Below the pieces are notes generated by a model. The model worked only from the letters and a program-made list of their open reading frames with translations, searched no databases and was not told where the DNA came from. A stretch of 64,000 nt of DNA, taken from NCBI GenBank assembly GCA_039815185.1, contig JBCBZT010000009.1, forward strand, positions 1-64,000. Direction: 5' to 3'. This document shows positions 10,740 through 20,211 of this stretch, one piece after another (within the stretch, counting starts at the first letter, position 1; every line of letters starts with the position of its first letter). This stretch comes from Cyanobacteria bacterium P01_A01_bin.123. GTDB taxonomy: Bacteria > Cyanobacteriota > Cyanobacteriia > Phormidesmidales > Phormidesmidaceae. Made by a program: the position numbers and the translations under genes.

Positions 10740-12230
10740 TCATTCTTCCCCTGCCCCCTCCGCTTCCTCTGCTTCCCCTGCCTCCCCTTCTTCCTCTGCC
10801 TCCCCTTCTTCCTCCTCTGCTTCCCCCGCCTCTCCTGCCGCCGTTCTCACCGTCAACACCTGCGGTGGTGTCGAATCAGCAGGATAGATCAAGTCAAGGA
10901 AAACCTGTCGACGATCGCCAGCAGGCAGGTCTAAGGTCAAGAGGGGATCGCCTTCCTGACCTTGGCGCTGCACGAGGTGGACAAAATATTGCTGATCTTC
11001 GTCTTGAGCATTGCGATAGCGGACTTGAACAGTGCCGCGAAAGAAGATGCGATCGGGGGGTGGGTTGAGGAAACGGAGTTGGTTGGTGACGGTTTCTGCA
11101 TTTTTTAGCGGTGTTTCTAGATAAACTGACACCCGCTGGGGGTGATCGCTAGCATTATGCAGGGGCAGTTCTAGGCTGTATTGCACACCATAGTTGCCGT
11201 GGGCTGCGTAGGCGGTGTCGGGATAGCGTACAGCGAGAGGGGCGGTTTGGATTTGGCCCGTGCCCAGGGTCACGGCATTGAGGGTGTTGATGCCGTAGGA
11301 AACGATTTCCCCAGGGTTAGGAAGGGTCAATTGATCCGAGTCAGGATCGGTCACGGTACCCGTCCAGCGAGACCCGATAGATACGCCTGAGACACGGCCA
11401 TAGATCAGCTGGCCATTCTCCATGTCCGGGGGGGTGGGGGCGCGATCGCGGGGCCCTGCCAAATTGCCATTGGCTAGCAGTAATTCCCAATCTTGTAAGT
11501 TGGGGGGGCGTTCGACGCCATACCAAGTCATGGGCGCATATTGAGCCATGCTGGCCACGTACACTTGGCCACTGCTACGTAGACGCATCAACAGCGTGCG
11601 TCCATTAATCGGTGAGGCCAGCGTGCGTACAGCAATTGGTTCGTTGGCAATCATCCGGCTTTGGCCCGCAGGAATAATCACCTGGGCTGGAAACGTTTCT
11701 TCGCGTTGCTGCTGCAGAACATCTAGCGAGACCCGACTGCCCGGGCCAGCATAGATGGGCAGTGAGTAAAACGCTACTGCATCGGGCAATGCTGCGAATG
11801 GGGCTTCGGGTTGGGTGCTGTAACTTGCCCCTTGCAAGATATCAATGGTGACCGGGCGATCGGTGGGGTTATGCACCAAAATGCCCAGATAGAGTGTGGC
11901 CAGGTCGTTGGGTGAGGTGGCACGGGCAATGTGATGGGCGAAAACGTCAAAACGCCCTTCAAAGGGATAGTCGAGGTGAGCTGTGGGGTAAGCCGTATTG
12001 CCTGGGGGAAAGGTTGATAGCAAAATCCCCGGCGTTTCAACCACCTCAGGGCTGTTGCTGTTGAGCACAGGCACTGAATCAAGCTGTCCAGGCAAAGGTC
12101 GTACGGGCTGGTTCCGAATCACCTCTTGAGGGGCCTCTGGGGGCAAGATCCGAGGAAACTCGCCGTTCTGAGATAAGACCGCTTCAGGCGCTGTCTGAGC
12201 CAACATCAAAGCTGAAAGCCATGCAAGCAT
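10740..12230 (-). CDS. DUF3370-family exported protein with Glu/Gly/Ala-rich tail
   Basis: NSNSPE, GILLSTFP, AHGNYGV and YPADSTPPQVLT motifs recognised as cyanobacterial DUF3370; short signal-like N-terminus. Confidence 0.8.
   Translation of the reverse strand: MLAWLSALMLAQTAPEAVLSQNGEFPRILPPEAPQEVIRNQPVRPLPGQLDSVPVLNSNSPEVVETPGILLSTFPPGNTAYPTAHLDYPFEGRFDVFAHHIARATSPNDLATLYLGILVHNPTDRPVTIDILQGASYSTQPEAPFAALPDAVAFYSLPIYAGPGSRVSLDVLQQQREETFPAQVIIPAGQSRMIANEPIAVRTLASPINGRTLLMRLRSSGQVYVASMAQYAPMTWYGVERPPNLQDWELLLANGNLAGPRDRAPTPPDMENGQLIYGRVSGVSIGSRWTGTVTDPDSDQLTLPNPGEIVSYGINTLNAVTLGTGQIQTAPLAVRYPDTAYAAHGNYGVQYSLELPLHNASDHPQRVSVYLETPLKNAETVTNQLRFLNPPPDRIFFRGTVQVRYRNAQDEDQQYFVHLVQRQGQEGDPLLTLDLPAGDRRQVFLDLIYPADSTPPQVLTVRTAAGEAGEAEEEEGEAEEEGEAGEAEEAEGAGEE
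10743..10838. repeat. degenerate 9-mer tandem repeat (GGGGAAGCA-like) inside the CDS 3' end
   Basis: TGCTTCCCC/TGCCTCCCC/TTCTTCCTC units encoding AGEAGEAEEEEGEAEEE... Confidence 0.8.
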
Positions 12231-12319
12231 GAGGGTACAAAGTTCCAAAACACCACACGGGATCTAGTTATACAACCGTGTTGTCTTTTAGTCGCCCTGA
12301 AAGAGAAATTAAGTTGTGT

Positions 12320-12844
12320 TTATGCCCCTGCGATCGCGATCTGATTTAGCTGCCTTAACACCCAATAAAAATCTGTGCTTAATGCCAAAGCATTGTTTGG
12401 CGTAATCGGTGGCACATGGATAAACAGAGTCTTTATCGGCCAGCGATCGCGCTCAAACTGAGCTAGTAGATGATGGTACAAATCATTGCAAACATATCTT
12501 CCGGCGTCGGTGCTGATTTCAGTCATAGTGGTTCCCGCTATCAGTGCAGCTAAATCGAAGGGGGTCTGCACCACGCGATCGCCACAAATGCCCTGTCGTT
12601 CCAAACTCAAGCGATCGCGCTTTTCAGCCATGCCACAACACACCAGTACCCGAGGTCGCAACTCAAACACCCGTGCCATCACCGCCATCGGAGCAATTTG
12701 AGAATGGACTGGAATCTTGCGCAGCAAAGCTACCCCGTTCGGTAGCATATTTTGGTTTAGCAGCTGAGCTAACAACTCATCCGATGAATTGACCACCTGA
12801 TGAGCTTTCCAGGGCCGAAAGGAGGTGAGCAGGAGGGAAGACAC
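12320..12844 (-). CDS. pyroglutamyl-peptidase I family (peptidase C15)
   Basis: LLTSFRPW, catalytic E (SLER), C (GRYVCN) and H (FIHVP). Confidence 0.88.
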   Translation of the reverse strand: MSSLLLTSFRPWKAHQVVNSSDELLAQLLNQNMLPNGVALLRKIPVHSQIAPMAVMARVFELRPRVLVCCGMAEKRDRLSLERQGICGDRVVQTPFDLAALIAGTTMTEISTDAGRYVCNDLYHHLLAQFERDRWPIKTLFIHVPPITPNNALALSTDFYWVLRQLNQIAIAGA

Positions 12845-13207
12845 GGGCGGTCAAAACGATCTTCAAAAAATATTGAGCCTCAAGCAAATTTGTTCAAACG
12901 CCGCATCCGTTAGGCAAAGAGTTGCCTACAGATCAATAGTAATCATAGAGCAGTCAGCAATAAGAATGCTTTATCCTGATTTTCAATTTTAGATTGAGAA
13001 ATATAGAAAAGCTAGAGTGTCAGCTGTGCACAGCTTGCCAATCTCAACCCTGTCCAATTTGACAACTGGAGTAGAGACTTGAGGCCCCATATCCCTACCG
13101 GGAAAACTATGGATCTCGATGAGGCCAAGGTTTAATCAGTAAGCGTGGGAACCCTTCATATTAGGTTTCTGATTGATTGCTAGATTTCCCTTACAGCACG
13201 TTTTTCT

Positions 13208-14383
13208 ATGGGTATCCCTAAACCAACTCCTTTGGAACTTGCCAAGCAAGGTAATCCAAATGCGATCGCCGCATTGATTAATCGTTCGCTCGCTAGCTAC
13301 GGCATCAGCGTTTTCAGCATTTCGATATCAGGGGATTTATTGGCAATCGAATTGCAATCCCAAGCCTCTCCCATTGATCCAAAAATCTTAAAGAGAATTC
13401 AGAGTGGTGCCAAGAAACTCCAGATTGAATCTGTTGAGCGTATTAAAGTATCTGAATTTAAAGCAGCAGCAGCATCACAAAATGGGGGAATGGCTGCGGC
13501 TAACCAACCCAAGCATGAAGCCCCTCACTACAGCAAGATGAACATTGCCCGTAGTAGCCCTGCCTCAAAACAGAGCAATATCTTGACATCGATGATGTCA
13601 TTTGTGGGGTCAGGGGGACTAGTGATTATATTGGCCCTGGTCTCTATCTTGGGGATTTTAGGATTTCTCAATCATTGGGCTAATTCAAGCAATCGTCAGG
13701 CAAGCACTGTGAAGGTGGTAGTCCCGCCTGATGTAGAGACCTCAAAAGACGTTCAGGCTTCTAACAATGAAACAGATGCCAATCATCAAGGGGAAAGTAC
13801 TGTTCAAGTAGCGCTACCCTCGAGCGTAGCCGTTTTGACAGGCGTTCGCACTTTTGATGGTGAAACAGACTATATAGAAGTCCCTAATCAATCTGACTTA
13901 AACTTTGGAACAGGTGATTTCAGCATCAGCGTCTGGATCAAAACTAGCCGTCAAAGTGGAATTGACATCATTGTGGATAAACGGGTAGAGACCTCTGGGC
14001 CAATTCAAGGATACGTGTTAGCAAACTATCAAGGTAATATCCTTCTGCAACTGGCAGATATGGGCAGAAAAGACGGATGGACTAACTACATTAGCGCGCC
14101 ATTTGTGGCCGATGATCAATGGCATCACGTTGCAGTTACAGTGAATCGTGATGAAGCCAACGGAATTCGATGGTATTTAGATGGCAGCGCAGTCGGAACC
14201 CCGGCAAATCCCACGGGAAGAAGTGGTTCTTTAGATAATTCTCAGCCCCTTGTGATTGGTAAACGTTCAGATCATCCCAGTTCGCCAGGCTTCTTCAGCG
14301 GGGAAATGGCTGATATCAAATTATTCAACACCAGCCTCACACCCCAACAAATTGAGAGTCTGGCAAACGACCCTAGTTTCTAA
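13208..14383 (+). CDS. membrane-anchored LamG-like jellyroll (Laminin_G_3) domain protein
   Basis: FDGETDYIEV, FSISVWIK, DDQWHHVAVT, FSGEMADIKLFN; one TM helix; N-terminal LELAKQGNPNAIAALINRSL module. Confidence 0.82.
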   Translation: MGIPKPTPLELAKQGNPNAIAALINRSLASYGISVFSISISGDLLAIELQSQASPIDPKILKRIQSGAKKLQIESVERIKVSEFKAAAASQNGGMAAANQPKHEAPHYSKMNIARSSPASKQSNILTSMMSFVGSGGLVIILALVSILGILGFLNHWANSSNRQASTVKVVVPPDVETSKDVQASNNETDANHQGESTVQVALPSSVAVLTGVRTFDGETDYIEVPNQSDLNFGTGDFSISVWIKTSRQSGIDIIVDKRVETSGPIQGYVLANYQGNILLQLADMGRKDGWTNYISAPFVADDQWHHVAVTVNRDEANGIRWYLDGSAVGTPANPTGRSGSLDNSQPLVIGKRSDHPSSPGFFSGEMADIKLFNTSLTPQQIESLANDPSF

Positions 14384-14540
14384 GTTTCTAATCATGATCA
14401 ATGCTGCTATCTAAACCGTTTTGACATCCAGCCCTGGAATTTTGTGGATAGGAAAACTCCGCATCTAGAGCTGGACGTGGTTTAGAAAACGCTAAGATGT
14501 CCTTGTACCGTCACGGTTTAAGCTCACGGAGAGAACAACG

Positions 14541-15188
14541 ATGACCGTCATCGCCGTCATTGACTATGACATGGGTAACCTCCACTCTGCTTGCAAAGGC
14601 ATCGAAAAAGCTGGGGCAACCCCCAAAATTACTGACCACCTGGACGAAATCCTGACCGCAGATGGCGTTGTTTTACCGGGCGTAGGTGCGTTTGACCCCG
14701 CGATTCAACATTTACGCAGCCGTGATCTGATTGAACCGGTTAAAGATATTGTGGCTAGCGGCAAACCGTTCCTGGGCATTTGCCTAGGGTTACAAGTCTT
14801 GTTTGAAGCCAGCGACGAAGGGCAAGAACCTGGCCTGGGCATCATCAAAGGCAGCATTGATCACTTTCGTCCCGAACCGGGCATCACCATTCCCCACATG
14901 GGTTGGAATCAACTGCAATTAACTCAGCCCCAAATCCCCTTGTGGCATGACGTTAAGGATGGAGATTGGGTTTATTTTGTGCATTCCTATTATGCCAACC
15001 CCATCGATGACAGTATCGCTGCTGCCAAAGTGACCCACGGTAGTCAGCAGATTACGGCTGCGATCGCCCGCGATAACCTCATGGCTGTCCAATTCCACCC
15101 CGAGAAATCTGCCCACACTGGCCTCAAAATTTTGTCTAACTTTGTTGAACTCGTGCAGGCTAAACAACCCGCTCTGAGCGCCCTTTAA
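14541..15188 (+). CDS. hisH: imidazole glycerol phosphate synthase glutaminase subunit
   Basis: DYDMGNL, LPGVGAF, GICLG, PHMGWN, QFHPEKS. Confidence 0.97.
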   Translation: MTVIAVIDYDMGNLHSACKGIEKAGATPKITDHLDEILTADGVVLPGVGAFDPAIQHLRSRDLIEPVKDIVASGKPFLGICLGLQVLFEASDEGQEPGLGIIKGSIDHFRPEPGITIPHMGWNQLQLTQPQIPLWHDVKDGDWVYFVHSYYANPIDDSIAAAKVTHGSQQITAAIARDNLMAVQFHPEKSAHTGLKILSNFVELVQAKQPALSAL

Positions 15189-15748
15189 TGGCCCTCCGCA
15201 TCCACGGCAACCGGGCCATCAAAACCCTGCCGGGTCAAACTACCCGACCGACCCCAGCGCGGGTGCGCGAGGCATTGTTTAATGTCTGGCAGGGCGCGAT
15301 CGCAGACTGTAGCTGGCTTGACCTCTGTGCCGGGAGTGGCGCAATGGGGGCTGAAGCCCTGTCGCGCGGTGCCCAGCGGGTCGTTGGCATCGAACGCCTG
15401 GGCAAAGCCTGCGCCATCATCCAAGCTAACTGGCAAGCCGTTGCCGACCCCCATCAGTCTTTCAAAATCATCAAAGGCGACGTGGTTCGCCAGCTTCAGC
15501 GGTTACAGGGAGAATCTTTCGATCGGATTTACTTTGACCCACCCTATGCCAGCGACCTCTATGGGCCTGTCTTGAACGCGATCGCCATCCAAACCCTGCT
15601 CTCCCCCCAAGGCGAAATTGCCGTCGAATATACCCCAGCCCACTGGCAACCCATCCCGATTGTCGGACTGACGCTTGTGCGCAAAAAGCGCTACGGCACG
15701 ACAGGGGTAGTGTTCTATGAAAGAGAGAAGAATGGAGTAATAGAGTGA
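15188..15748 (+). CDS. rsmD: 16S rRNA m2G966 methyltransferase
   Basis: TRPT..RVREALFN, LDLCAGSG, DPPY; TAATG coupling with hisH. Confidence 0.93.
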   Translation: MALRIHGNRAIKTLPGQTTRPTPARVREALFNVWQGAIADCSWLDLCAGSGAMGAEALSRGAQRVVGIERLGKACAIIQANWQAVADPHQSFKIIKGDVVRQLQRLQGESFDRIYFDPPYASDLYGPVLNAIAIQTLLSPQGEIAVEYTPAHWQPIPIVGLTLVRKKRYGTTGVVFYEREKNGVIE

Positions 15749-15751
15749 TTC

Positions 15752-15804
15752 CTAAAATCCAAAATCCAAAATCGTTCGACTGAGCTCACGACGAAGTCCA
15801 AAAT
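15752..15804. repeat. CCAAAAT STRR interrupted by a 23-nt short dispersed repeat
   Basis: CTAAAAT-CCAAAAT-CCAAAATC-[GTTCGACTGAGCTCACGACGAAG]-TCCAAAAT. Confidence 0.75.
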
Positions 15805-15892
15805 TGTTTCACCGCTCCCTCCTCACCCCTTACGATTGACCATGAGATGGGAGAATAGAAACCAAATGGGATTGTGAAGGATTGTGTTGATC

Positions 15893-16432
15893 ATGCTGAA
15901 ACGACTTGCATCAGTACTTTTGGTGGCCGTAGCTTTGACGCTGCAGGGCTGTGTCTCTGGTGGGGTTGCCCTGAGTAGCTATGTGGATAGCTACGACGGC
16001 TACCAGTTTCGCTATCCAACGGGGTGGGTAGCGGTTGACGTCTCAGGTAGTGCCGATGTGGTCTTCCATGACATCATCAACGAGACTGAAAACGTCAGCG
16101 TGGTGATTAGTCCTGTGCCTGAAGGTCAAACCTTAGAAGACTTGGGTACGCCGACTGAAGTGGGCTATAAGCTCTCTAAAGGCATCAACGCCCTGGCTGG
16201 AGATGATCGGGATGTAGAGTTGATCAATGCCCAATCTTTCCAGGCTGAGGACAAGACTTACTACATTCTGGAATATGTTGCTGACTTGCCGTCTGGGGTG
16301 CGTCACAATCTGGCTAGTGTGATTGTGCGTCGGGATAAGTTGTTTACCTTTAATGCCTCGACCCGCGAAGACCGCTGGGAAAAAGTGAAAACAATGGTCA
16401 AACAATCCGTCGCGTCCTTCACAGCTTATTAA
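15893..16432 (+). CDS. psbP: photosystem II PsbP-like lipoprotein (CyanoP)
   Basis: Lipobox [30 protein letters not shown]; psbP-maf order. Confidence 0.92.
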   Translation: MLKRLASVLLVAVALTLQGCVSGGVALSSYVDSYDGYQFRYPTGWVAVDVSGSADVVFHDIINETENVSVVISPVPEGQTLEDLGTPTEVGYKLSKGINALAGDDRDVELINAQSFQAEDKTYYILEYVADLPSGVRHNLASVIVRRDKLFTFNASTREDRWEKVKTMVKQSVASFTAY

Positions 16433-16440
16433 TTGTTTCG

Positions 16441-17031
16441 ATGGAACTTCAATTTGTGCTGGCTTCTGCCTCTCCGGCTCGCCGAAATTTATTGGTTTCG
16501 GCGGGTATTCAGCCATTTGTGTGCCCCAGCAATTTTGATGAAGATCAGGTGCAATTGAGCGATCCAGGTGCGTTGGTTCAAACTTTGGCTGATGGTAAAG
16601 CCCAAGCGATCGCGCCCCGGTTTTCTAATGCGTTGGTGTTGGGTTGTGACTCGGTGTTGGCTTTTGGGGGACAAATTTTTGGCAAGCCCGATAGTCCAGC
16701 AGACGCGATCGCCCGCTGGCACAAAATGCGGGGCCAGGTGGGGGAACTCTTCACCGGACACGTGCTGATCGACACGGCTACGGGCAATAGCCTGACCCGA
16801 TGCGCTGTGACACGAGTGTTTTTTGCCAATGCCAGCGATCGCCAAATCGAAGCCTACGTCCATTCTGGAGAACCGCTGCGCTGTGCCGGAGCCTTCGCTA
16901 TTGATGGTAGAGGCAGTTTGTTGATTGAAAAAATTGAGGGGTGCCATACTAACGTTATTGGCTTGAGCATGCCTCTACTGCGCCAAATGCTGGATGCCCT
17001 GGGTTACAACGTTACCGATTTTTGGCATTGA
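16441..17031 (+). CDS. maf: Maf-family nucleoside triphosphate pyrophosphatase
   Basis: [33 protein letters not shown]. Confidence 0.93.
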   Translation: MELQFVLASASPARRNLLVSAGIQPFVCPSNFDEDQVQLSDPGALVQTLADGKAQAIAPRFSNALVLGCDSVLAFGGQIFGKPDSPADAIARWHKMRGQVGELFTGHVLIDTATGNSLTRCAVTRVFFANASDRQIEAYVHSGEPLRCAGAFAIDGRGSLLIEKIEGCHTNVIGLSMPLLRQMLDALGYNVTDFWH

Positions 17032-17093
17032 TCATGACCCAGAGGAGATTCAAAATGGGTTCTTATAAAGTCTTAAGTCTGAAGATCCTCTTT

Positions 17094-17282
17094 AGAGGTT
17101 GTTTGAGAAGTTCTAAATGTGCTGCATTTGCCCCCTTTTCATGTATGCCCGGAGGGCTTTAAGTCCCCTTTCTGGTATGCCCGGATGGCTATATTCTGGG
17201 GGACTTTGAAATTCAGAACCCCCCAGAATTGGGGGGCAGGGGGGCGGCTCAGATAACCATCGATACTTTTAGAATAACCTCT
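17094..17282. mobile_element. MITE-like non-autonomous element with nested short repeats
   Basis: Imperfect 18-bp terminal inverted repeats (14/18): AGAGGTTGTTTGAGAAGT and ACTTTTAGAATAACCTCT; internal CCCCCAGAATTGGGGG hairpin; two GTATGCCCGGAKGGCT copies. Confidence 0.6.
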
Positions 17283-17319
17283 TCGGTGCAATTGCAATTA
17301 GAGATGGGCGAAGTGAGTA

Positions 17320-18261
17320 ATGGGAGGATTGACAAAAATACAGTGGCTTGTTTTGCTGGCTGCGCTGATAGTTTTATGGGTAACCTTGGTGTACGCCAAA
17401 CCAATTGCAGGCTGGTTGACAGACTGGGACTTCATCAAAATCCTCGATGCAGTTAGCAAGTTAGGTATTCTCATTGCGGTAATCGCTTTTCTATTAGAAC
17501 TGACTCAACGAAACGAGAAAATTCAAATAGAACGTAAGCGAGCACATTTTGAATATTGGCAAGCCATTGATGCCGCAGCTTCTGCTCAAACGACGACTAG
17601 TCATGCCCGCAAAATGGCGCTAGAGAACTTAGCCAGCGAAGGTGTGCCGTTGAGAAATATAGATGCTCCAAAAGCAGAGTTGAGGCAGATTAACTTGTTA
17701 GGAGCCGATTTGGCGGGTGCAAATTTAGTAGAAGCGGATCTAACAGGCGCAAATTTGAATAAAGCTGATCTATCCAAAGCTCGTCTTTATAAGGTTCGAT
17801 TATATGGTGCTAGTTTGTTAGACACAAACCTTGATGATGCAGATCTGCGTCAGGTTTTATACGATAAGCAGACTTGCTTCCCAAGTGGCTTTGAACCTGA
17901 AAAACTGGGTGCTTATTTGATGGCACCTGGCATATCTCTTCCATTAGTTCAGTTGCCTGGAGCCGTATTATGGGGAGTAGATTTGCAGGGTGCGAACCTA
18001 CAAGGTGCAAATTTTTCAGAGGCTAGCTTTAATGGTGCGCGGCTAAAAAATGTCAATTTTCAAGATGCAAACCTGCAAGGTGTGAGATTTCGATTTGCAA
18101 ATTTAGAAGGCGCAAATTTGAGATACGCTAACATCAAAGGTGCATATTTTTGGGGGGCAAAAGGTCTATCAGTAGCGCAAATCAAGGTGGCTAAATATTG
18201 GGAGGATGCATACTATAGCCCAGGGTTATGTACTGAATTAGGAATCAGTTATCGTGAATAA
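17320..18261 (+). CDS. membrane-anchored pentapeptide repeat protein
   Basis: Two N-terminal TM helices, two blocks of A(D/N)Lxx repeats separated by YDKQTCFPSGFEP. Confidence 0.9.
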   Translation: MGGLTKIQWLVLLAALIVLWVTLVYAKPIAGWLTDWDFIKILDAVSKLGILIAVIAFLLELTQRNEKIQIERKRAHFEYWQAIDAAASAQTTTSHARKMALENLASEGVPLRNIDAPKAELRQINLLGADLAGANLVEADLTGANLNKADLSKARLYKVRLYGASLLDTNLDDADLRQVLYDKQTCFPSGFEPEKLGAYLMAPGISLPLVQLPGAVLWGVDLQGANLQGANFSEASFNGARLKNVNFQDANLQGVRFRFANLEGANLRYANIKGAYFWGAKGLSVAQIKVAKYWEDAYYSPGLCTELGISYRE

Positions 18262-18273
18262 CTAAAATCTGCC

Positions 18274-18732
18274 ATGTTTACCGAAGATGTCTTGCATAAG
18301 ATTGACAGAAGTGTCCTCTGCTGGTTAGCAACTACTTCCCAGGACGGTGTACCAAACGTCTCCCCAAAAGAGATTTTCGTGGCGGCCAACAATGACACGC
18401 TATTGATCGCAAATGTCGCATCACCCCAGTCCGCCGCAAATATCCGACGGAATCCGTATGTTTGCGCTGCATTCGTTGACATCCTTGTTCAAAAAGGCTT
18501 TCAGGTCTTCGGCACAGCCCAAATGATCAAAAAGACCCATGATGAGTTTGCCGCATTATCAGCCCCACTCTTGCAAATTACAGCAGGCAAGTTCCCGTTC
18601 GATACAATCTTCAAGATAACTGCAACGAGAGTTAAGCCCATACTGGCACCTCGATACATCCTTTACCCTGAAACCACTGAAGCAGAACAGATTGCTGATG
18701 CGATGAAAGCATATCGACTGGATGAATTTTAA
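18274..18732 (+). CDS. pyridoxamine 5'-phosphate oxidase-like FMN-binding protein
   Basis: CWLATTSQDGVPNVSPK and NIRRNPYV split-barrel motifs. Confidence 0.85.
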   Translation: MFTEDVLHKIDRSVLCWLATTSQDGVPNVSPKEIFVAANNDTLLIANVASPQSAANIRRNPYVCAAFVDILVQKGFQVFGTAQMIKKTHDEFAALSAPLLQITAGKFPFDTIFKITATRVKPILAPRYILYPETTEAEQIADAMKAYRLDEF

Positions 18733-18861
18733 TAACGTGATTAATTGAGCTTTCGCACGCATTCCAATCCCATCTAAAATCTGAAGATTTTCCTTGAGAA
18801 AAGTCCGTGAACCCACACTTAGAGGCAAGCTTGTAGGGTCAAATATAATGGATGGAGCATC

Positions 18862-19941
18862 GTGACACAGGCTTCTATTGACCCCACTACCAGTGCCCAT
18901 GATTGGCCCTTGCTGCTGCAACAGCTGATCGATAAGCAGTCCCTTTCAATAACCCAAGCTGAACAGTTAATGCAGGGATGGCTGACTGAAGCAATTCCCC
19001 CCGTACTGTCGGGCGCAATTTTGGCGGCTATCCAGGCCAAAGGTGTCTCAGGGGATGAACTAGCGGGCATGGCGCGGGTGCTACAGTCCCAGTCATTAGG
19101 TGGCACGACTGCTGACCCAACGATGCCATCGCCCATGATCGATACTTGCGGCACTGGCGGGGATGGCTCTCATACATTCAATATTTCGACCACGGTGGCC
19201 TTTGTCGCCGCCGCTGCCGGAGTCGCTGTAGCCAAGCACGGCAACCGTTCTGCCTCCAGCAAAGTGGGCTCTGCCGATGTCTTAGAGTCTCTAGGCGTTA
19301 ACCTCAGCGCTGACCCCGAAAAGGTAAAAGCTGCCGTCAAAGAAGTGGGCATTACCTTTTTATTTGCTCGGGGTTGGCATCCGGCAATGAAAGCTGTAGC
19401 TCCCCTGCGCGGCACTTTGAAAGTGCGAACCGTGTTTAATTTGCTCGGCCCATTGGTGAACCCCCTGCGACCAACGGGGCAGGTGATTGGCGTCTACGAT
19501 CCGTCGGTGTTGCAATCCATGGCGACTGCCTTAAATCAATTGGGTTTACCCCAGGCGATTGTGCTCCACGGTCGTGAAAAACTTGATGAAGCGGGCTTGG
19601 CAGATAAAACAGATTTAGCCATCGTCGACAATGGCCAGGTTAAGGCGATGGAACTCGACCCACAAGTCCTAGGGTTGACGGCTGCCCCCAAGTCGGCCTT
19701 GCGGGGGGGAGAAGTTGAAGATAATGCCACTATTTTGAAAAATCTACTGCAAGGGAAAGGCGAACCTGCTCACCAAGATGTGGTGGCTCTCAATGCTGCA
19801 CTGGCCCTAAAAGTAGGTGGCGTGATCAGTGGTGAAGGGATAGATGCTTACGCTCAAGGCATCACCTTGGCTAAGGAAATTTTGAGCAGCAGGGCAGCAT
19901 GGGAAAAGGTCGAGCAATTGGTTGCTTTCCTGAAAAAATAG
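18862..19941 (+). CDS. trpD: anthranilate phosphoribosyltransferase
   Basis: [40 protein letters not shown]. Confidence 0.97.
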   Translation: MTQASIDPTTSAHDWPLLLQQLIDKQSLSITQAEQLMQGWLTEAIPPVLSGAILAAIQAKGVSGDELAGMARVLQSQSLGGTTADPTMPSPMIDTCGTGGDGSHTFNISTTVAFVAAAAGVAVAKHGNRSASSKVGSADVLESLGVNLSADPEKVKAAVKEVGITFLFARGWHPAMKAVAPLRGTLKVRTVFNLLGPLVNPLRPTGQVIGVYDPSVLQSMATALNQLGLPQAIVLHGREKLDEAGLADKTDLAIVDNGQVKAMELDPQVLGLTAAPKSALRGGEVEDNATILKNLLQGKGEPAHQDVVALNAALALKVGGVISGEGIDAYAQGITLAKEILSSRAAWEKVEQLVAFLKK

Positions 19942-19973
19942 AGTTGAAGTCCCAACGACCTATGAACTCAGCT

Positions 19974-20001
19974 TCGGGTTCAACGAGCAGGCTGAACCCG
20001 A
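19974..20001. repeat. REP-like hairpin downstream of trpD
   Basis: 9-bp stem TCGGGTTCA / TGAACCCGA with 10-nt loop; no U-tract. Confidence 0.55.
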
Positions 20002-20211
20002 CAGTCGTGTGATTGAGCTAACCCTACATCCCTGTGGAGAAGTTGCGATCGCAGCAGTGAGTCAACGGGATAACCCTGAGTCGGTGGACTGCGGTGCTGA
20101 AAGCGTCTGTGGCCCATTTGCCGATGTCAATTGCTGGCGCTATATCGATCTCAATAGCGGTGAGCCCTATATCCTGCCTTTGAGGGTGTCTGCATATAGA
20201 GAGACCTGATC

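Noticed and set aside
20009..20209. 66-aa ORF ending 2 nt before the 2H phosphoesterase gene
   Set aside because: GTG start without clear RBS and no recognisable motif; cannot be supported without homology search
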